Origin: Callorhinchus milii
Lineage: Eukaryota
NCBI RefSeq assembly: GCF_018977255.1
Contig: NW_024704742.1
Coordinates: forward strand, 120,716,001 to 120,780,000
Reading direction: 5' to 3'
DNA length: 64,000 bases
Under the pieces are notes generated by a model. The model had not been told where the DNA came from. It was given only the letters and a program-made list of their open reading frames with translations, and did not search any database. Both the position numbers and the translations under genes were made by a program. Shown piece after piece: positions 35,641 through 49,431 of the stretch; position 1 is the stretch's first letter; each line of letters starts with the position of its first letter.

Positions 35641-38600
35641 ACGTAGTGTCAGGTAGCCATACCCTTCCACTCAGGGTGAGAACTACAGAAAGGCTTAAAC
35701 CTTCTTTAAAGAATGCAAAACTAAAAATAGTGAAAGCAGGAGTGGTGACATAGCTTGGAGCATCCACACCTCAGGTTCTCAACAGCTAAACTTGTTATAA
35801 GGCACACTCCAATCCATCCGCATGCCACATGAAAGGCGTGATATCAAATGCCAGGATTATAACTTTTTTTGACAAGTTGATAAATTGAGGTCATAACTTT
35901 GAAGATACTTATATACAGTTCTCAAAAGAATTTACAAAAAATAGCTTAAAAATTTAAGCCTTATTTTAGGATTTGTCAAATTCTATCAATCTATCAAATG
36001 CAAGGATTATTATTATACTAGATGCTTTAAATTACTAAGTAAATATAATAAATCTGGACCTAGGTGTAATTTATACCCAGGGTCTGGTGTCTACTGTTAT
36101 TAGGAAAAATCTTTCTACCTTTTGTTCGTGAGATAGACAAAATTCTGTTGATAACTTTTAAAAGCAAACAGTATATTAGGAATTGCATAAGTAGTAAAGT
36201 GTTATGGTATAAATATAAGATTATTGATTCAAAAACTGAGGTTCAATAATGTATACATATGTTAGAAAGGGAAGGGGAAAAGGACTATAAAACATACCCC
36301 AGAAAAAAAATCTCAATTCTTATAGAGTGAAACAATGAGAAATAATACAATGTAGACATAGGTTTAGCTTTGTTGAATCCCGATTATGCTACTTATTTTG
36401 CTTTGCAACAAGTATAATTGACCCTACAAGTTGCAAAGTTTCCAAAATATGTGCAAAAAGTGCAGGAGGACTGCTCAATAGCAGTTGCAGCCGATGTAAA
36501 GCAATGCGTTGGACAACTTTGCAATCCCACCCTGTGCAACCTCTTGCTGAATTCCAAAGGTAAGAGAATTCATGTCTTCAGAAAATTTTATTTTATTTAT
36601 TCAATACAAAGAAGTAAGAGGGATCAGATCTCCAATCACATAAGCCCACACCAGCAGACTGCATCACAAGCAAATTGGAATAATGGCATTTTACATTTCA
36701 TTTTATTTACAAATCTAATTTGAGTTGAATTCTCTTCATGACTAGTCACAGCTCAGCTGAAAAGAAGTTTTCAAGCTTCTTTCATCTGATTGCATTCATC
36801 ATTTTTTTTTGCTTTGTACAAATATTGATAAAAACTTTGCATTTATATAGCGTCTTATCATGTTGTTGAGACATCTCAAAGTGCATCACAGAATATTTTG
36901 TAAAGTGGATTGACTGTATATTTTGTTCATTACAGGTTTTCCAGATCATAAGGAAATCGTATTATGCAAATTATATAGAGCAATGCTTAATTTTCTCAAG
37001 GCAAATTTGTGAAAGGGGAGTCCCTTTGACTGATTTCTCAAACTCCAAAATTTGTTTTTTTCCACTTTAAGGCATTAGAGAAAAATGTACATTTTCACCA
37101 TCCATAATGTTTGAGAACACCATAGGAACTGGCAGAGGTAGGACGCAGTAGCTCTCCTGAACAGAGAGAATCCACAGATTCACTGAACTACTTTCAATTG
37201 CTGCAACTTATCTGCGAGAATATCCTATTCTAGCTTCATCATTGCTCCATGGTGTGTCGGTGTGGCTCCGTTGGTAACACTCTTGCTTCTGAGTCAGAAG
37301 TGTGTGGGTTCAAGCCTCACTTTGTGGCTTTGACACTCCATTGCAGTGCTGTACATCAGAGATCACAGCACAAATCACCTTCAATTTGATTTATTATCCT
37401 TTATACAACTGCAATAATTTGCATGACTCAGTGCGTGAATATAAAACAGTGACAATACATTTGGTGTCACTTCTGTAATAATAAGCCTTGTATTTGATTT
37501 GGTGTATTTTTATGCGAACACAGCATTTATGTAGAGCCTTATCATATTGTTAAGACATCTCAAAGTGTCAGCTTAAACTATGAGCTCAAAGTTGCCTGAC
37601 AAGGGACTTGAACCCACACTTTTTGGACCTAGAGGTGAGGATGCTGCCTGCTAAGCCAAGCGTGCTGCGTTTTTTCACTCAATGGGATGATATTAGTTCT
37701 AATCTTAATGCCAACCTGCTTGCCGTTAGTAAGGTATGAGGTTATCTTTACTTAACAATGCAGCCTTGCAAAAACTTCACATTTCTCATACAGTCCAATT
37801 CACAATGGACTGAGGTAATAATGAGTTACAAAGCGGTCAGAGGTACAGGATCCTTGCTGACTATTGCTGTTAGTTGGTCTGCTGACAGATAATGGGAAAA
37901 CCAATTGGGCAGTTTTCTCCAATTACTTCATAATAGAATTCCTTTAAAGGATATAATCACACACATTCACTTGATGAGAATATTGTGAATGACTTTTCTA
38001 CTGACAGATCCATCCTGGGTCACCTCGTCCTAAATTTAGTCTAAAAATGAGCATTTAGTTTTTGCTTAAATTCAGACTGGAATCAATTAGACAATCAAAA
38101 TTCAGATCATCCTATTCCAAACCTAAATAACAGGATGTAACAGGCAGATATTTCCAAAAAACTGTTTTGAGGTGCATTAGTTAAAATGGAAGGAATATCT
38201 ATGGGGAATAATCTACCCTACCCCAACCCTGTCTCAGAGTATGCTAATGGGTCACCTCTTATACAATATCAATTACAGCTTTGTAAAGTTCACCCTAGTG
38301 ATGTATGTTATAGGATAGGGAAGAGTGTGTCCTGAATCCCTCTCTGTACGTTTTACTATCTGGGGCTCCTTGGAGAGGCTTGTGTGCTTCAGAACTCTGT
38401 CCACAGTGAAGTCTGTTCTGATATCTATCTGTATATTTGATGGCAGACTAGTATAGTACAGTAATTATATTTTAGATGGGCATTTCATTTTTATTTATGG
38501 GTTAAAAGGAAGCATTATCACAATGTCGGCTTGTACTGAATGTGCTAAAGCTGTGAGTAAGACCGCTTGCAGACTTGATAGGGTCAACATGTGCTCATAT

Positions 38601-38929
38601 ATAGCTGACCAGTATTACTACTGTCACACACTGAACACAAACCCATTTGTTTTCTAAAGTCTATAGGAAAGCAACATCAACTTCTTCACATGTGGTGCTA
38701 CAATCCATAAAAACAACACAGCTTGTATTTCTATAGCAGCTATCATATAGAATAACATCTGAACCACAATGTCCCACAAACAACCATGAAGTGAAACGAT
38801 GAATTTTATCTGGGGAATTGTTAGCCAGAACACTGTGAGATACTCCCTCTTTGCTCCCATGTGAGAAAAACTTTGAGGGTGCTTTATAATGTGCATTTAT
38901 ATAACACACTCACAGCTTTAGCACATTCA

Positions 38930-39290
38930 GTAAAATCCCTTCATGCCCTGACATCACCCTATCTTTCCGACCTGCTTACTCGCCACTCCTCGATCTGCTA
39001 TCTCCGCTCAGCTGTCCCCGGCCTCCTGCTTGTCCCTCGTCCTCTCCGCACCTCCATCGTCAGCCAACGCTTTCAGTCACTATGCCCTGAAACTTTGAAA
39101 CACTCTCCATCAATCCCTCCATCTTGCCTCCTACTTCCCCTTTTCAGATCATGCCTGACGAGGTTCCTCTTTGACCGTGCTTATGGTTACCTCCTCCTTC
39201 CTCCCGGCTCGACGTCAAGCTCCACCTCTGTTAAGTGCTCCAAAATGCTACCCCACGTGAAGTGAATGCAAACTGTCATCGTCGTTGTAC
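38930..39290 (+). mobile_element. L2-clade 3' end
   Basis: Remnant KSLHALTSPYLSDLL..LRSA. Ends GGCTCGACGTCAAGCTCCACCTCTGTTAAGTGCTC..ATGCAAAC. Confidence 0.75.
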
Positions 39291-42200
39291 AAAACAAACA
39301 AAATCTCTATTGCAACAAGTAGCCTTAAAACAAAATGTTCCGTTGCAGAGCAAACAATTAATGGGATGATTTTATTTATTCCCTATTAAGATGTCAAAAT
39401 CAACAACAACAGGCAAGCCACGATGACCGAAAGTATCTAAACTACTTTTTATTGTAATCTTTCCGAAAGGACTCATTTTGGGGTATGGTTCAGCCATTCA
39501 GTATCTCACCCGAGAGGCCGTTCTTTATATGTGACTCTTGACAGTGGGTGTTAGCATGTGAATTGGCTGCAGGGGCTGAGCTTGATCTTGTTCGTACCTA
39601 ATATCCATACATGTACACTTCCCGAAGGGAATACTTGATAATGACCAGGAGCAGACATCCTGACAATTTTTCCACCGTAATCCAAAGATACTTTGGACAA
39701 CCCGAGCAACTTCTATTGTCCACTCTGTCTGAGAAGAGCTAACCTAATATAGACTGTGAATAGAATCCTGGACTTTCCAATTCACAAATTGTGACAAGAA
39801 ATATGCCGCAGCAATCCCTTGGGAGCTCCACAGAAACACAATCTATTTCTAGAATAGACTTCCACAAGGCAGTGAGAGATACTTACCAGAAGGAATCCCT
39901 ATTTGAAAGATTCCTCTAATAAAGGGACCCCATTAGAAATGTTGCATTTTAGACCATAATTAAAGAAAAAAATTAAAGAAAATATTACAAAGATTCATTT
40001 TGATTTTAATGTGCAAATATGTTGTTAGTATAATAATGCCAAATGCAAGGATTATTATTATCATATTGTTATCACAGCATGTATTTTTACAGCAGGTGCT
40101 TTGAGTTTCTTCTGCCACCACCACAAAGTAGATGCAGGAGCCCGCATTCCTATCTATCACCACTCCTTACCTCAGGGAGTGCTGTAGATTGCATAACGAC
40201 AATACTTAATGATTGAAGTCCTTGCATTCTGCTTCACGATGGAGCATGTTGATGCAATAGAAAAATAAAGAGCAAACGCCTCCTTTTTAATATTTGCTTA
40301 ATGGTTCTTCTTTCTCATTTATGTGATAAATATAATAACTCAGTATGATTACCCTCAGCGGAGCATGGGGCAGATGAACCATAGTGGTCATTTGATGCCT
40401 TTAACAAAGTTGAAATTGACAGCAATTTTTAAAGCAGCAATTTTAAATTTATTCCAAGATCATTTGTTTGACACGTCGCTGTGCGCAACTGGGTGCCGGG
40501 TTATGCTCACAAAATACACATTCAATCCACTTTATATAATATTCTGTGAAGCCTTTGAATTTCCTCAATGACATGATAAGGTGCTATACCAACTGCAAGG
40601 ATTACTTTTATTATTAAAAAATCTATTACACTGTTCAGATAAAGAATGAGAAATAGGATTTTAAAAAAAATTAAGGGTTTCCTTAGACTAAGGGGTCAGA
40701 ATTTGTGCATTACGTAAAAAGTAAGAGTGAATTAAGATTTTTCATGATTTAATGAGTGCTGTAAAATGGGGTGAGTGCATTTACAGACTGACTGCTTGTG
40801 GGCTGTGTACAAATTTTTGTTCGAAACAACCATAGAGGTGTTCCTGGTTGAACTCTGTTTACCACCTTTGAAGTGCACAAGCAGCTTGGGGTTGAAGGGA
40901 TTGTACCACCATCAGGTTTTAGTGATGTGCTGAATTTGTAACTTACTTCTGGCGGGCATTTACAACATTTAATAATGTCTTCATTAAATGTCTTATCACG
41001 TCGTTGAGAATATTCACAACGATTGACTATGTATGTTGTGGACAAAATGCGGCAGCCAATTGCGCACAGTAGTGTCCCACAAACAGTTGTGTATTGAAGT
41101 TAAAATTTAAAAAAATTGCACCTTAAAAATTGCTGTCAAATTCAATTTTGTTAAATGTTCCCTTATTAAATGTCCATTTATATTCCATTTGTGCCTTCCT
41201 GTGTCTCTACTGCCATTCCCAGTGTCTGTATCCACCTTGCATCCACATACCTTCTACTTTTTTCTCCGGACTCACTGAAGACTTTAAATTTTTTAAATCC
41301 ATTTGGAAAAAAGTTCAGTACGAGTTTTTTTGATTCAAACATTGTAATCGGCTATAGTTCAGATCTCTCTGTCAACTTGATATGCCAGAAGGGATGAAAA
41401 TAAATCCGGCAGGCTGAGTAGCAATGGGACGCAGATAATTGGAACTGAAGCAAAATATCTCCCGCACAGAGTCACATTTTAGGCAACTGGTCATCAATAT
41501 GGATTTCTTCATATCTAGTGAGATTTAATTGTGGCTGCAAGCAATTCAGGAGCAAACACAATTAAAGCCGGAGAAAGTAAATCCTTGGTGAGGGTTCATT
41601 ATTGGGAAAATAAGAAAAAGTTTATTATACAAAATGTAATAAGTAATACATGTCAGTAACATATTCCTGTTTCACTATCCAATTTCATAAAAGAATTCCT
41701 TGAATATACAACAACAAAATTACATTTATAGAGCGTCTTTCACATCGAGAGGATGTCGCAAGGCGCTGGACAGTCAGGGGTCAGGAACCGAGCATGGGGG
41801 AGGGGTGGGGTACGGGGTGAGGGAAGGCAGAGAGGTGGGAGAGGAGGAAGCAAGGCAAAGGGATTTTGGGATGGAGTTCCAGAGTGTCGGGTCAGAGAGG
41901 CTGAAAGCCCGGCCACCGATGGTAGGGTGGGTCGGGTTTATTAATTCAGAGAATATATCTACTATATCTCTGAATGAACAAACCGAGTTCTTTCAGTTAA
42001 CAAAAACATGTCTGGTTTCTTTTGTTACTTTTCCTACTTTCTTGTGTCACAACAACAACTTGAATTTATATTGCGCCCTTCATGCCACGGGGTAGTGTCC
42101 CGGAGCGCTTAAACTGTAGTGGTAATTTTTTTTCATGTACCAATCATTTTTTGCTGACTAAAATATTTCTCGCGTTTCCTACTCTCTTTTGTATAACTCT

Positions 42201-43844
42201 CCAAAACAAAGACCAAACATAAAGTGCTGAAATGTATATAGTAGTTTGGTTCATTTTATTTTATTCGAGCCTTCACTGGTTCCAGCCAGACCGATGGGTA
42301 TAACAGGGATTAACTGGCAATATTATTTTCTTGATGTAGCTAATCTAATCCAGATGAATCAAATTACCCAAAATAATAAACCAAACCAATTTCACTAGAT
42401 TTTAATCATCTGTATTTAGCAAGGAGGTTGACTGAAACTGGGGCTCCATCTGCTTTGGCAAAGACCACACAAAAACATGCCTTAATATATTATTTCTTTC
42501 TTAATTTTGTTAGCACCTCAACCAAACCTTATTTAAGTGCTCTAAGATGCTGCTCACAATAAGGATGCTATATAAATGCATGTGGTTGTTGTATTAATAA
42601 AAAGTTAATTTTTATTAATTAAAGTTAATTTTTTATTTCCAAAAAATGCATCAAAAACAATGCCTAAAATGGGAGACTAAATTTGGAGACTAAAATCTTA
42701 AACGGCAATAGCTGACAGTCACTAATATGTAAATAAATATGTTGAGAAGACGTGAAAAGCGCTATATCAAATGCAAGGATTATTATTATTATTATTGTTA
42801 TTATCGATATAACAAAAGACAGGCAAAAAGGTTTATAATAATAATAATCCTTGCATTTGATATAGTGTTTTTCACGTCTTCTCGACGTCTTAAAGCGATT
42901 CACAGAGTAGACTGTAAAGTGAATTGACCATATATTTGTGGACGAAATATTATGACTTGAGTGAAAAAGAGAGATCTTTGGGGATGGGAATTGGCTACAG
43001 AGCCCAAAGATGAAAACAGATATTGACAGTACAAAGAGGAGAGTTTCAAATGTTCAACATTTCCAGGGGGAGGGGGGGAAATCGATTGCTGGTGAGGTGA
43101 TGTGAGTGCAAGAATCCAAATGCTACAGATCAGTCAACTGAAAGCCTTGACTTTCTGAGGGGCCAGACAGCATTCACCTAGATTGTCACACAGTCCTCCT
43201 GGAACTCTTCAACTGGTCAATCCTCATGCAGTAGTGCCCTAAGACCCTTATCACTCTTAACAAGTGCTTTGGGCTATAATAGGAATGATCAAAGAGATTG
43301 GATTTTGGAAGATAAGGTGTTCAGTACAGAGCTTCAGTGAAAATTTTGGATAATTCATTGTCAGACAAGCTGGTGGTCATTGCTACAGGGCTGATATTGT
43401 TTGCTTCAAAATTCTATTAACACCTTATTCATCTCTAAGGGTTGCAAGAGAATTAGCTATTATTATGTTTTATGGAGTAAATTACTGCTTTTGCCTCATT
43501 TTCTTGAGCATATGCCAGAAGCTTTATGTCTCCCTCTTCATAGAATTAAATTCTGGACCTGAATACAGTACATCTTGCTTCAGTTGATGATAGTGTTATA
43601 ATCATATTTAAGCATGGAAAGACAATTTAATAGTAGGGAGTCATTAACAAAGAGCATTCAGTCTCGCTCCAGCTTTAATTTGACATTAGGGCTTTCAATT
43701 TCTTCACTGTTGTGTCTTGTTCTTGTGAGGTTAAAGTAATTATGTGTTCCAGTATAAGATCTCCATGTATGTAAAAGACAATCCTCATTACCCACTGTGT
43801 TGATATTCTTGAATCATGGTCCAGGGAGGTGTTTAGTCCCAACT

Positions 43845-44405
43845 CCAGGTTCGCTGATTTTCTATCAGCCTGTCTGGCAGACATCAGGGCCTGGATGAGT
43901 GCTCATACTCCTTGGCTCCTGTCAACGTCTTCAGTCCTGCAGACCTGAACTGCTCAACCTTCCTGGGCTCTCCCTGAGACTCACTGAACCAATGCACAAT
44001 CTAGGCATTCGCTTTGACCCCCAGCTGTCCTTCCTCCCCCACATCCAGTCCCTAATCAGAATCGCCTTCTTCCACTTCCGCTACATTGTCCCTCTCCAAC
44101 AGCACCTTACCCCAAATGCAGCCGAAAGTCACGTACATGCGTTTGTCACCTCCCACCTGGATTACTCAAACACACTTCTCACCGGACTCCCCAGCTCCAC
44201 TATTCAAAAGATCCAGCTCATCCAGAACTCTGCTGCCCGGATATTGACCCAGACCAAACTGGGTACCCACATCTCGCCAGTTCTGGCCAGGCGCCACTGG
44301 CTCCCCATCACCGAAAGGATCGACTTCAAGATCCTCACACTCATGTTCAAATCCTTTCACTCTTTGCACATCCCTACAACTCCGACCTCCTCACCTTCTG
44401 ACCTT
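43845..44405 (+). mobile_element. L2-clade RT C-terminal fragment
   Basis: ORF remnant [67 protein letters not shown]. Confidence 0.9.
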
Positions 44406-46714
44406 CTGACTGGAGGGAAGTGTACAGCGGAGTCCCTAGGGCACACCGTGGCAGCCAATTACACATAGCAGTGCCCACATACAGTCATGGATTGAGCGAA
44501 TTAAATTATTTTTATTATTTATTTATTTTTTTGGAGGAGGGATTATTATCCCCAGAGAGTGATCCGCCAATCAAGTAATAACTCGTAATAATCCTTGTAT
44601 TTGATATAATGCCTTATCATGTCTTCGAGACGACTCAAAGAGCCTCACAGAATATACTGTTAAGTGAATTATTTTGTGAGAAGGAAAAGATTAAGAGGAA
44701 TGCACCATTGAATGTCAATGCAAAGAATGAGTCATTGATTAGCCCCTTTGCGCCATCCACTCTGATGCAAACTCTTATTCATAATGTAACAATAATCCTT
44801 GAATTTGATATACTCTATGTAATGTTGACACTTCTCAAAGCACTTCACAAGTAATTGCTCTCAAGGGTAGTGATTGATTTTGTAGACCAATACACAATGT
44901 GTCAGTTTTTTAAGGCAAATGCAATCACCACACTAGACAGTATATACCAATGTATATACCGATTATAGAACTATTTCAGTGTTTTTACCTGACTGTTAAA
45001 GTTAGAAAGATCTTTAGACAAAATAATGGATAATGGTTCTCCTGTGGAATGACCAGCATTGTGATTCCAGTCGTGCGGCAGTCAGTGTCAAGGCAGCCTG
45101 GCAAGCACTGTTCATATTATTGTGAACTAAGGTATAATTAGCGAATTAGAAAGACGGGTAGTATTAGCCTTTGTCTTTGTTGCATACTCCATTGTTTACA
45201 ATACTGCAATGGAGGACAGATTGAAATGCTATAGAATATATATACAGGATCTATCATGCAGTTTCTAAAATCCAAAAAGCCTACATTCAGATAGTATGTA
45301 CTCACTGATATTTACTGCAGAAAATAATCAGTTCTCGGGAATTCTCATCTCTCTTCAATCATAGCAAAGTTCTTGCAAGTTAAGATTGTATGTCAAAATG
45401 CAGTAGTTTTTCTTCATGGTTCCTAGCTCCTGGGCATACAACAGAAATGTTTCTTTCAGCCTATTTACAAAGTCCAGAACCAAGTAGGAAGTGGATTTGT
45501 GGTAAAAGGGGGAAAGGAGCTATCAGAAGGAGCTCCAACTTACACTGACCCATTGGTGACCACTCTAGAAATGGTCACTGCTCCACATGAGGCATGTCTC
45601 TTAGCCAAGACCCCTCACATGAACATCAGGTTACAGCACTTAGTGTTGAGTAACCTTGGTGCACGGCATTAGACTTGGAATTTTAGAACATCAAGACGTC
45701 CTGAATACATCTTTTAAGCAAGCTGAAGGCAGATGTCTATCAAGTAGCTGATGAAACAACAACAACTATAACTCGCCTTTATATAGTGCCTTTCACGCAG
45801 ATAGCAACACGGAGTGCTTAACCGTGTTCCAGAGAATCAGGGTACAGGGACTGAAACACGGATTGTGGAGTGGAGGTGATGAGGGATGTGTAGCAGACCC
45901 ATGGGGATTTTTAAAAATATATATTTTTAAAAACTAACAGGTTTTTTCTATTGAACATAAAGAAGATATGCAGTGAGACCTGGTAGGTTAAGAATAATGC
46001 ACCATTGAGTTTCAATGCAAAAAATAGGTTTGTAAAAAAACCTAATAGCTTTAAAATTTTTAAATTGAATTTAATGTGTTTTTTTAAGCAAACCCTTGGG
46101 ATGTCCTTGGCGGTGATCCACGCCTTGAGTTCAGACAAGCAGGCAGTCAGGACATCAGTTCTGGCATTGTGACTAGAGGAGGAAGTATAGATTGAGATGT
46201 CATCTGCATACATGTGGAAGTTAACCCCCATGTCTGTATGGGCAGCAACTACTACACTGTAAATAAATTCACACACCCCGGTGTTCACATTGTGTTAACA
46301 GCCAACTTAGGATATGAAATGCAACCATAATTGTACTGTATAACTGGATGGAAGATCCAATACTCTACACTCAGAAAAGCAGGAAATGTATTTTGTGCCC
46401 ATGTTTCCAATGTCTTTGCTGAGTGGAGGCCAGTCAAATCCTCGAAGGAAAAGAGGGAGGATGGTCAGAGAGGAAATCATTCCTGGCTGCTCTTTTGTGG
46501 CAGCAGATGCGCTGATGTGAAACATTGGCAGTTGTAGATGAAGGAGCAGGTTAATCAAGAACTATTTACTGTGGGGAAAAGAGTCATAATGCAACAGCCA
46601 AAAAAAAAGCAGAAAAATTCCCAAAAGCAGTATCTATTACAAATCATGAAATAATAGAAATACCTTTGTTGTTTGCTGCAGATAAATGTACAACCCAGCT
46701 CGGTAGACATGTAA

Positions 46715-48285
46715 CAGCAACAACAACAACTTACATTTATATAATGCCCTTCATGGGGGGTAGCGTTCTGGAGCACTTGATAGTGGTGGAATCTGACAAC
46801 GAGCCAGGGGTAGAGTAAGGGGGGGAGGTGACCGTAAGCATGATCAAAAAGGTTTTTAGGTGGGATTTGATGGTGGGGAGGGAGTGGGCAAGGCAGAGGG
46901 ATTGAGAAAGAGAGTTCCAGAATTTCGGAGCCTAGTGGCTGAAGGCACAGCCACCAATGGTGGAGTGGAGGGGACGATGGACAAAAATGAGCCTGGAGCC
47001 GGCTGAGCAGATGGTAGAGTGGGGGTTAAGCAGGTCGCATTAGTAGAGATGTGCGAGGGTATGAAGGGATTTGAAAATGAGCGAGAGGATCTTGAAAATC
47101 AATCCGTTCAGTAATTGGGAGCCAGTGGAGCCTTGCAAGGGCTGGGGTGATGGGGGTACAGAGTTATGGGTGGGTCAGTATCTGGGCAGTAGAGTTTTGA
47201 TTTCATTAGATTTTGTGTATGGTGGAACTGAAGAGATCAGCGAGGAGGATATTGGAATAGTCCAGCTGGGAAGTGACGAAGGATGAGGATTTCGGCTGCA
47301 TTGGTTGTGAGGCAATGTGGCAGAGGTGGAAAAAGAGTAGAGAGAAGTAGAGAGAAAAGCTGGGAATTGAACCTGACCCCTAAATTGCACACGCGTTCAA
47401 TGAGTCTGAGGAAGAGCCCAGGGAGGTTGAAGAGTTCAGACCTGCAGGAGAAAAGGTGTTGACGGGAGCCAAAAGGTATCGCTTCAGTCTTGCCAACAAT
47501 CAGCTGCAGGAAATTTGTGCTCATCCAGGCCTTGATGTCTGTCAAACAAGCTGACAGGACATCAGCAGACTGGGAATAGCAACTGGAGGAGGAGAAATAC
47601 GTTTGGGTGTCATCCGCAGACGTGTGGAAGTTGACCTCATGTCTGTGGATGACATCGCCGAGAGGCAGCATGTAGATAAGGAAAAGAAGGGAGCCAAAGA
47701 TGGAGCCTTGGGGTACCCCGCAGGTGACCGGGTGGGGGCAGGAGGAAAAGACAGTTTCCGAGATTTATTGTTGGCAGTTTAAGTAGGACTTGAACCATGC
47801 GAGTGTGATCCCACTAAGGTGCATGAGGGAGGAAAAGCGGTGGAGGAGGATGGCATGTTCAAATGCGATGGTGAGGTCCAGGAGAACAAGGAGGCAGAGG
47901 GCGCCCTGGTCACAGAGGGAGAGGACGTAATTTGTTGATTGATGAACGCTATCTCTGTGCTGTGGACTGAGTGGAAACCGGAATGGAGGGGTTTGTGTAG
48001 GAAGTGGAGGGAGAGGTGTGAGTAAAGTTGATTTGCGAGAACACGAAAGGCAGGTTTGAGATGGGTCTGAAGTTTGTAAGATTAGAGGGATTGAGGCTGG
48101 GTTTTTTAAGTAGAGGAGTGATGACAGCGGTTTTTGAGGGGGAGTGGGACAGAGCCTGAGGAGAGGGGCTGGTTGATTGTGTCAGTTAACAGTGGGCAGA
48201 GAAGGGGGAGTTGAGTGATCAAAAGCCGGGTGGGGATGGGTCGAGACAGCAGGTGGTGGGCTTTATCTGGGTGATGCTTCATCTG
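46715..48285 (-). mobile_element. L2-clade LINE 3' 1.6 kb, degenerate
   Basis: (CAA)n tail at 46715. Remnant MLPLGDVIHRHEVNFHTSADDTQTY..DIKAWMSTNFLQL..KTEAI.FG. Confidence 0.9.
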
Positions 48286-48734
48286 TGTGTAGATGTCCCA
48301 TGCCCTGGAAGAAGACCATGAATGAAACCGAGTTGGCAGATAGTGCTGGCCTTTGTGCTGGAATTTTGTTACCTGCCTTTTGTCTTGGTGACTGTGTAAT
48401 GTGGTACCATCTTTGGCTGCTAGTACATTGGCTCCTTCGTTCTATGTTGGTGCTTGTTTGTGTGCTTGTGATTGTGATAAAGCCATCATGACAACTGCAC
48501 CTGTTTCTACCTTCCTCGCATTGTCCGGTTCCATTACATTAACTTAAATGTATTGTTAAACTAAAGCTCTAGAGGTGAAAAAATAGTGTGCTAATCCACT
48601 CTGCCACTCAATCCTGTTATTTGAATATTTTATAAAAGAAATAATGTATTTGACACAGGGATATCAGTGACTAATATTAATTTTGAATGACATTGTGGAA
48701 ATGCTAATATTCCTATTATCACATTCATTTCTGC

Positions 48735-48995
48735 AGCTCGTACTGTAGTGGCTAGCCCGTTCACCTCGCAAGTGAGAGGACCCGGGTTTGATTGCCGGTG
48801 GGATGAAACCTTAGGCAAGTTTCCTCGCTCCATGTCCTCTGTTTACCTAGAAGGAAGAAGTAACCCGGCTGTTAGTCAATTGGCGGATTGCTTTTAGAAA
48901 TAATAATCCCTCAAAAAAATGGTCACTCAATCCATGACTGTTTGTGCGACATTAATGTGCACAATAGGCTGACGTGTTTCGCCCAAAAAATACAC
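48735..48995 (+). mobile_element. Diverged tRNA-derived SINE, long variant
   Basis: TTCACCTCGCAAGTGAGAGGACCCGGGTTTGATT head, TGTTTACCTAG..AACCCGGCTGTTAGTCAATTGGCGG, and the core. Confidence 0.75.
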
Positions 48996-49431
48996 AAGTG
49001 GGTGTCGTGTAGAGTAAGCAGAAAGGAAGAAGATACCTTGAAGGGTCAAAAGAAGCTTCAATTCAGCAAAATAAAACAGCAATAAAGTTGTGGTGTTCAG
49101 ACTAGCATTTTATGTCCTTAAAATGTAACATTGCATTTTATACATCATTAATCTCAATTACCAATGCATATCGATATAACTCCAGAATATGTCCACATTA
49201 GTAATCACTTGACTTTTGAATTAACTCTTGGGCAAACTTCCATTCCACCACATCTGTTGTTCTTGGCAGAATGACTGAACAGTTGCTGTCATTAGTTTTT
49301 TCCTTATAAATTGCTGCTAATCTTTTAAGTTTAATGTCAACCCGCCAGGCAATAATTTAAGTGCCTAATTTCCAACTTTTGTGGCTACTGTGCCTCCAAA
49401 GATCTACAATATTCAACAACACTCCATGGTG

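Noticed and set aside
43899..44468. 189-aa ORF and other RT-like ORFs (47237, 49458, 55122, 59543) as functional genes
   Set aside because: They are 5'-truncated, mostly frameshifted L2/CR1 ORF2 remnants. No intact endonuclease-RT ORF is present in the window.
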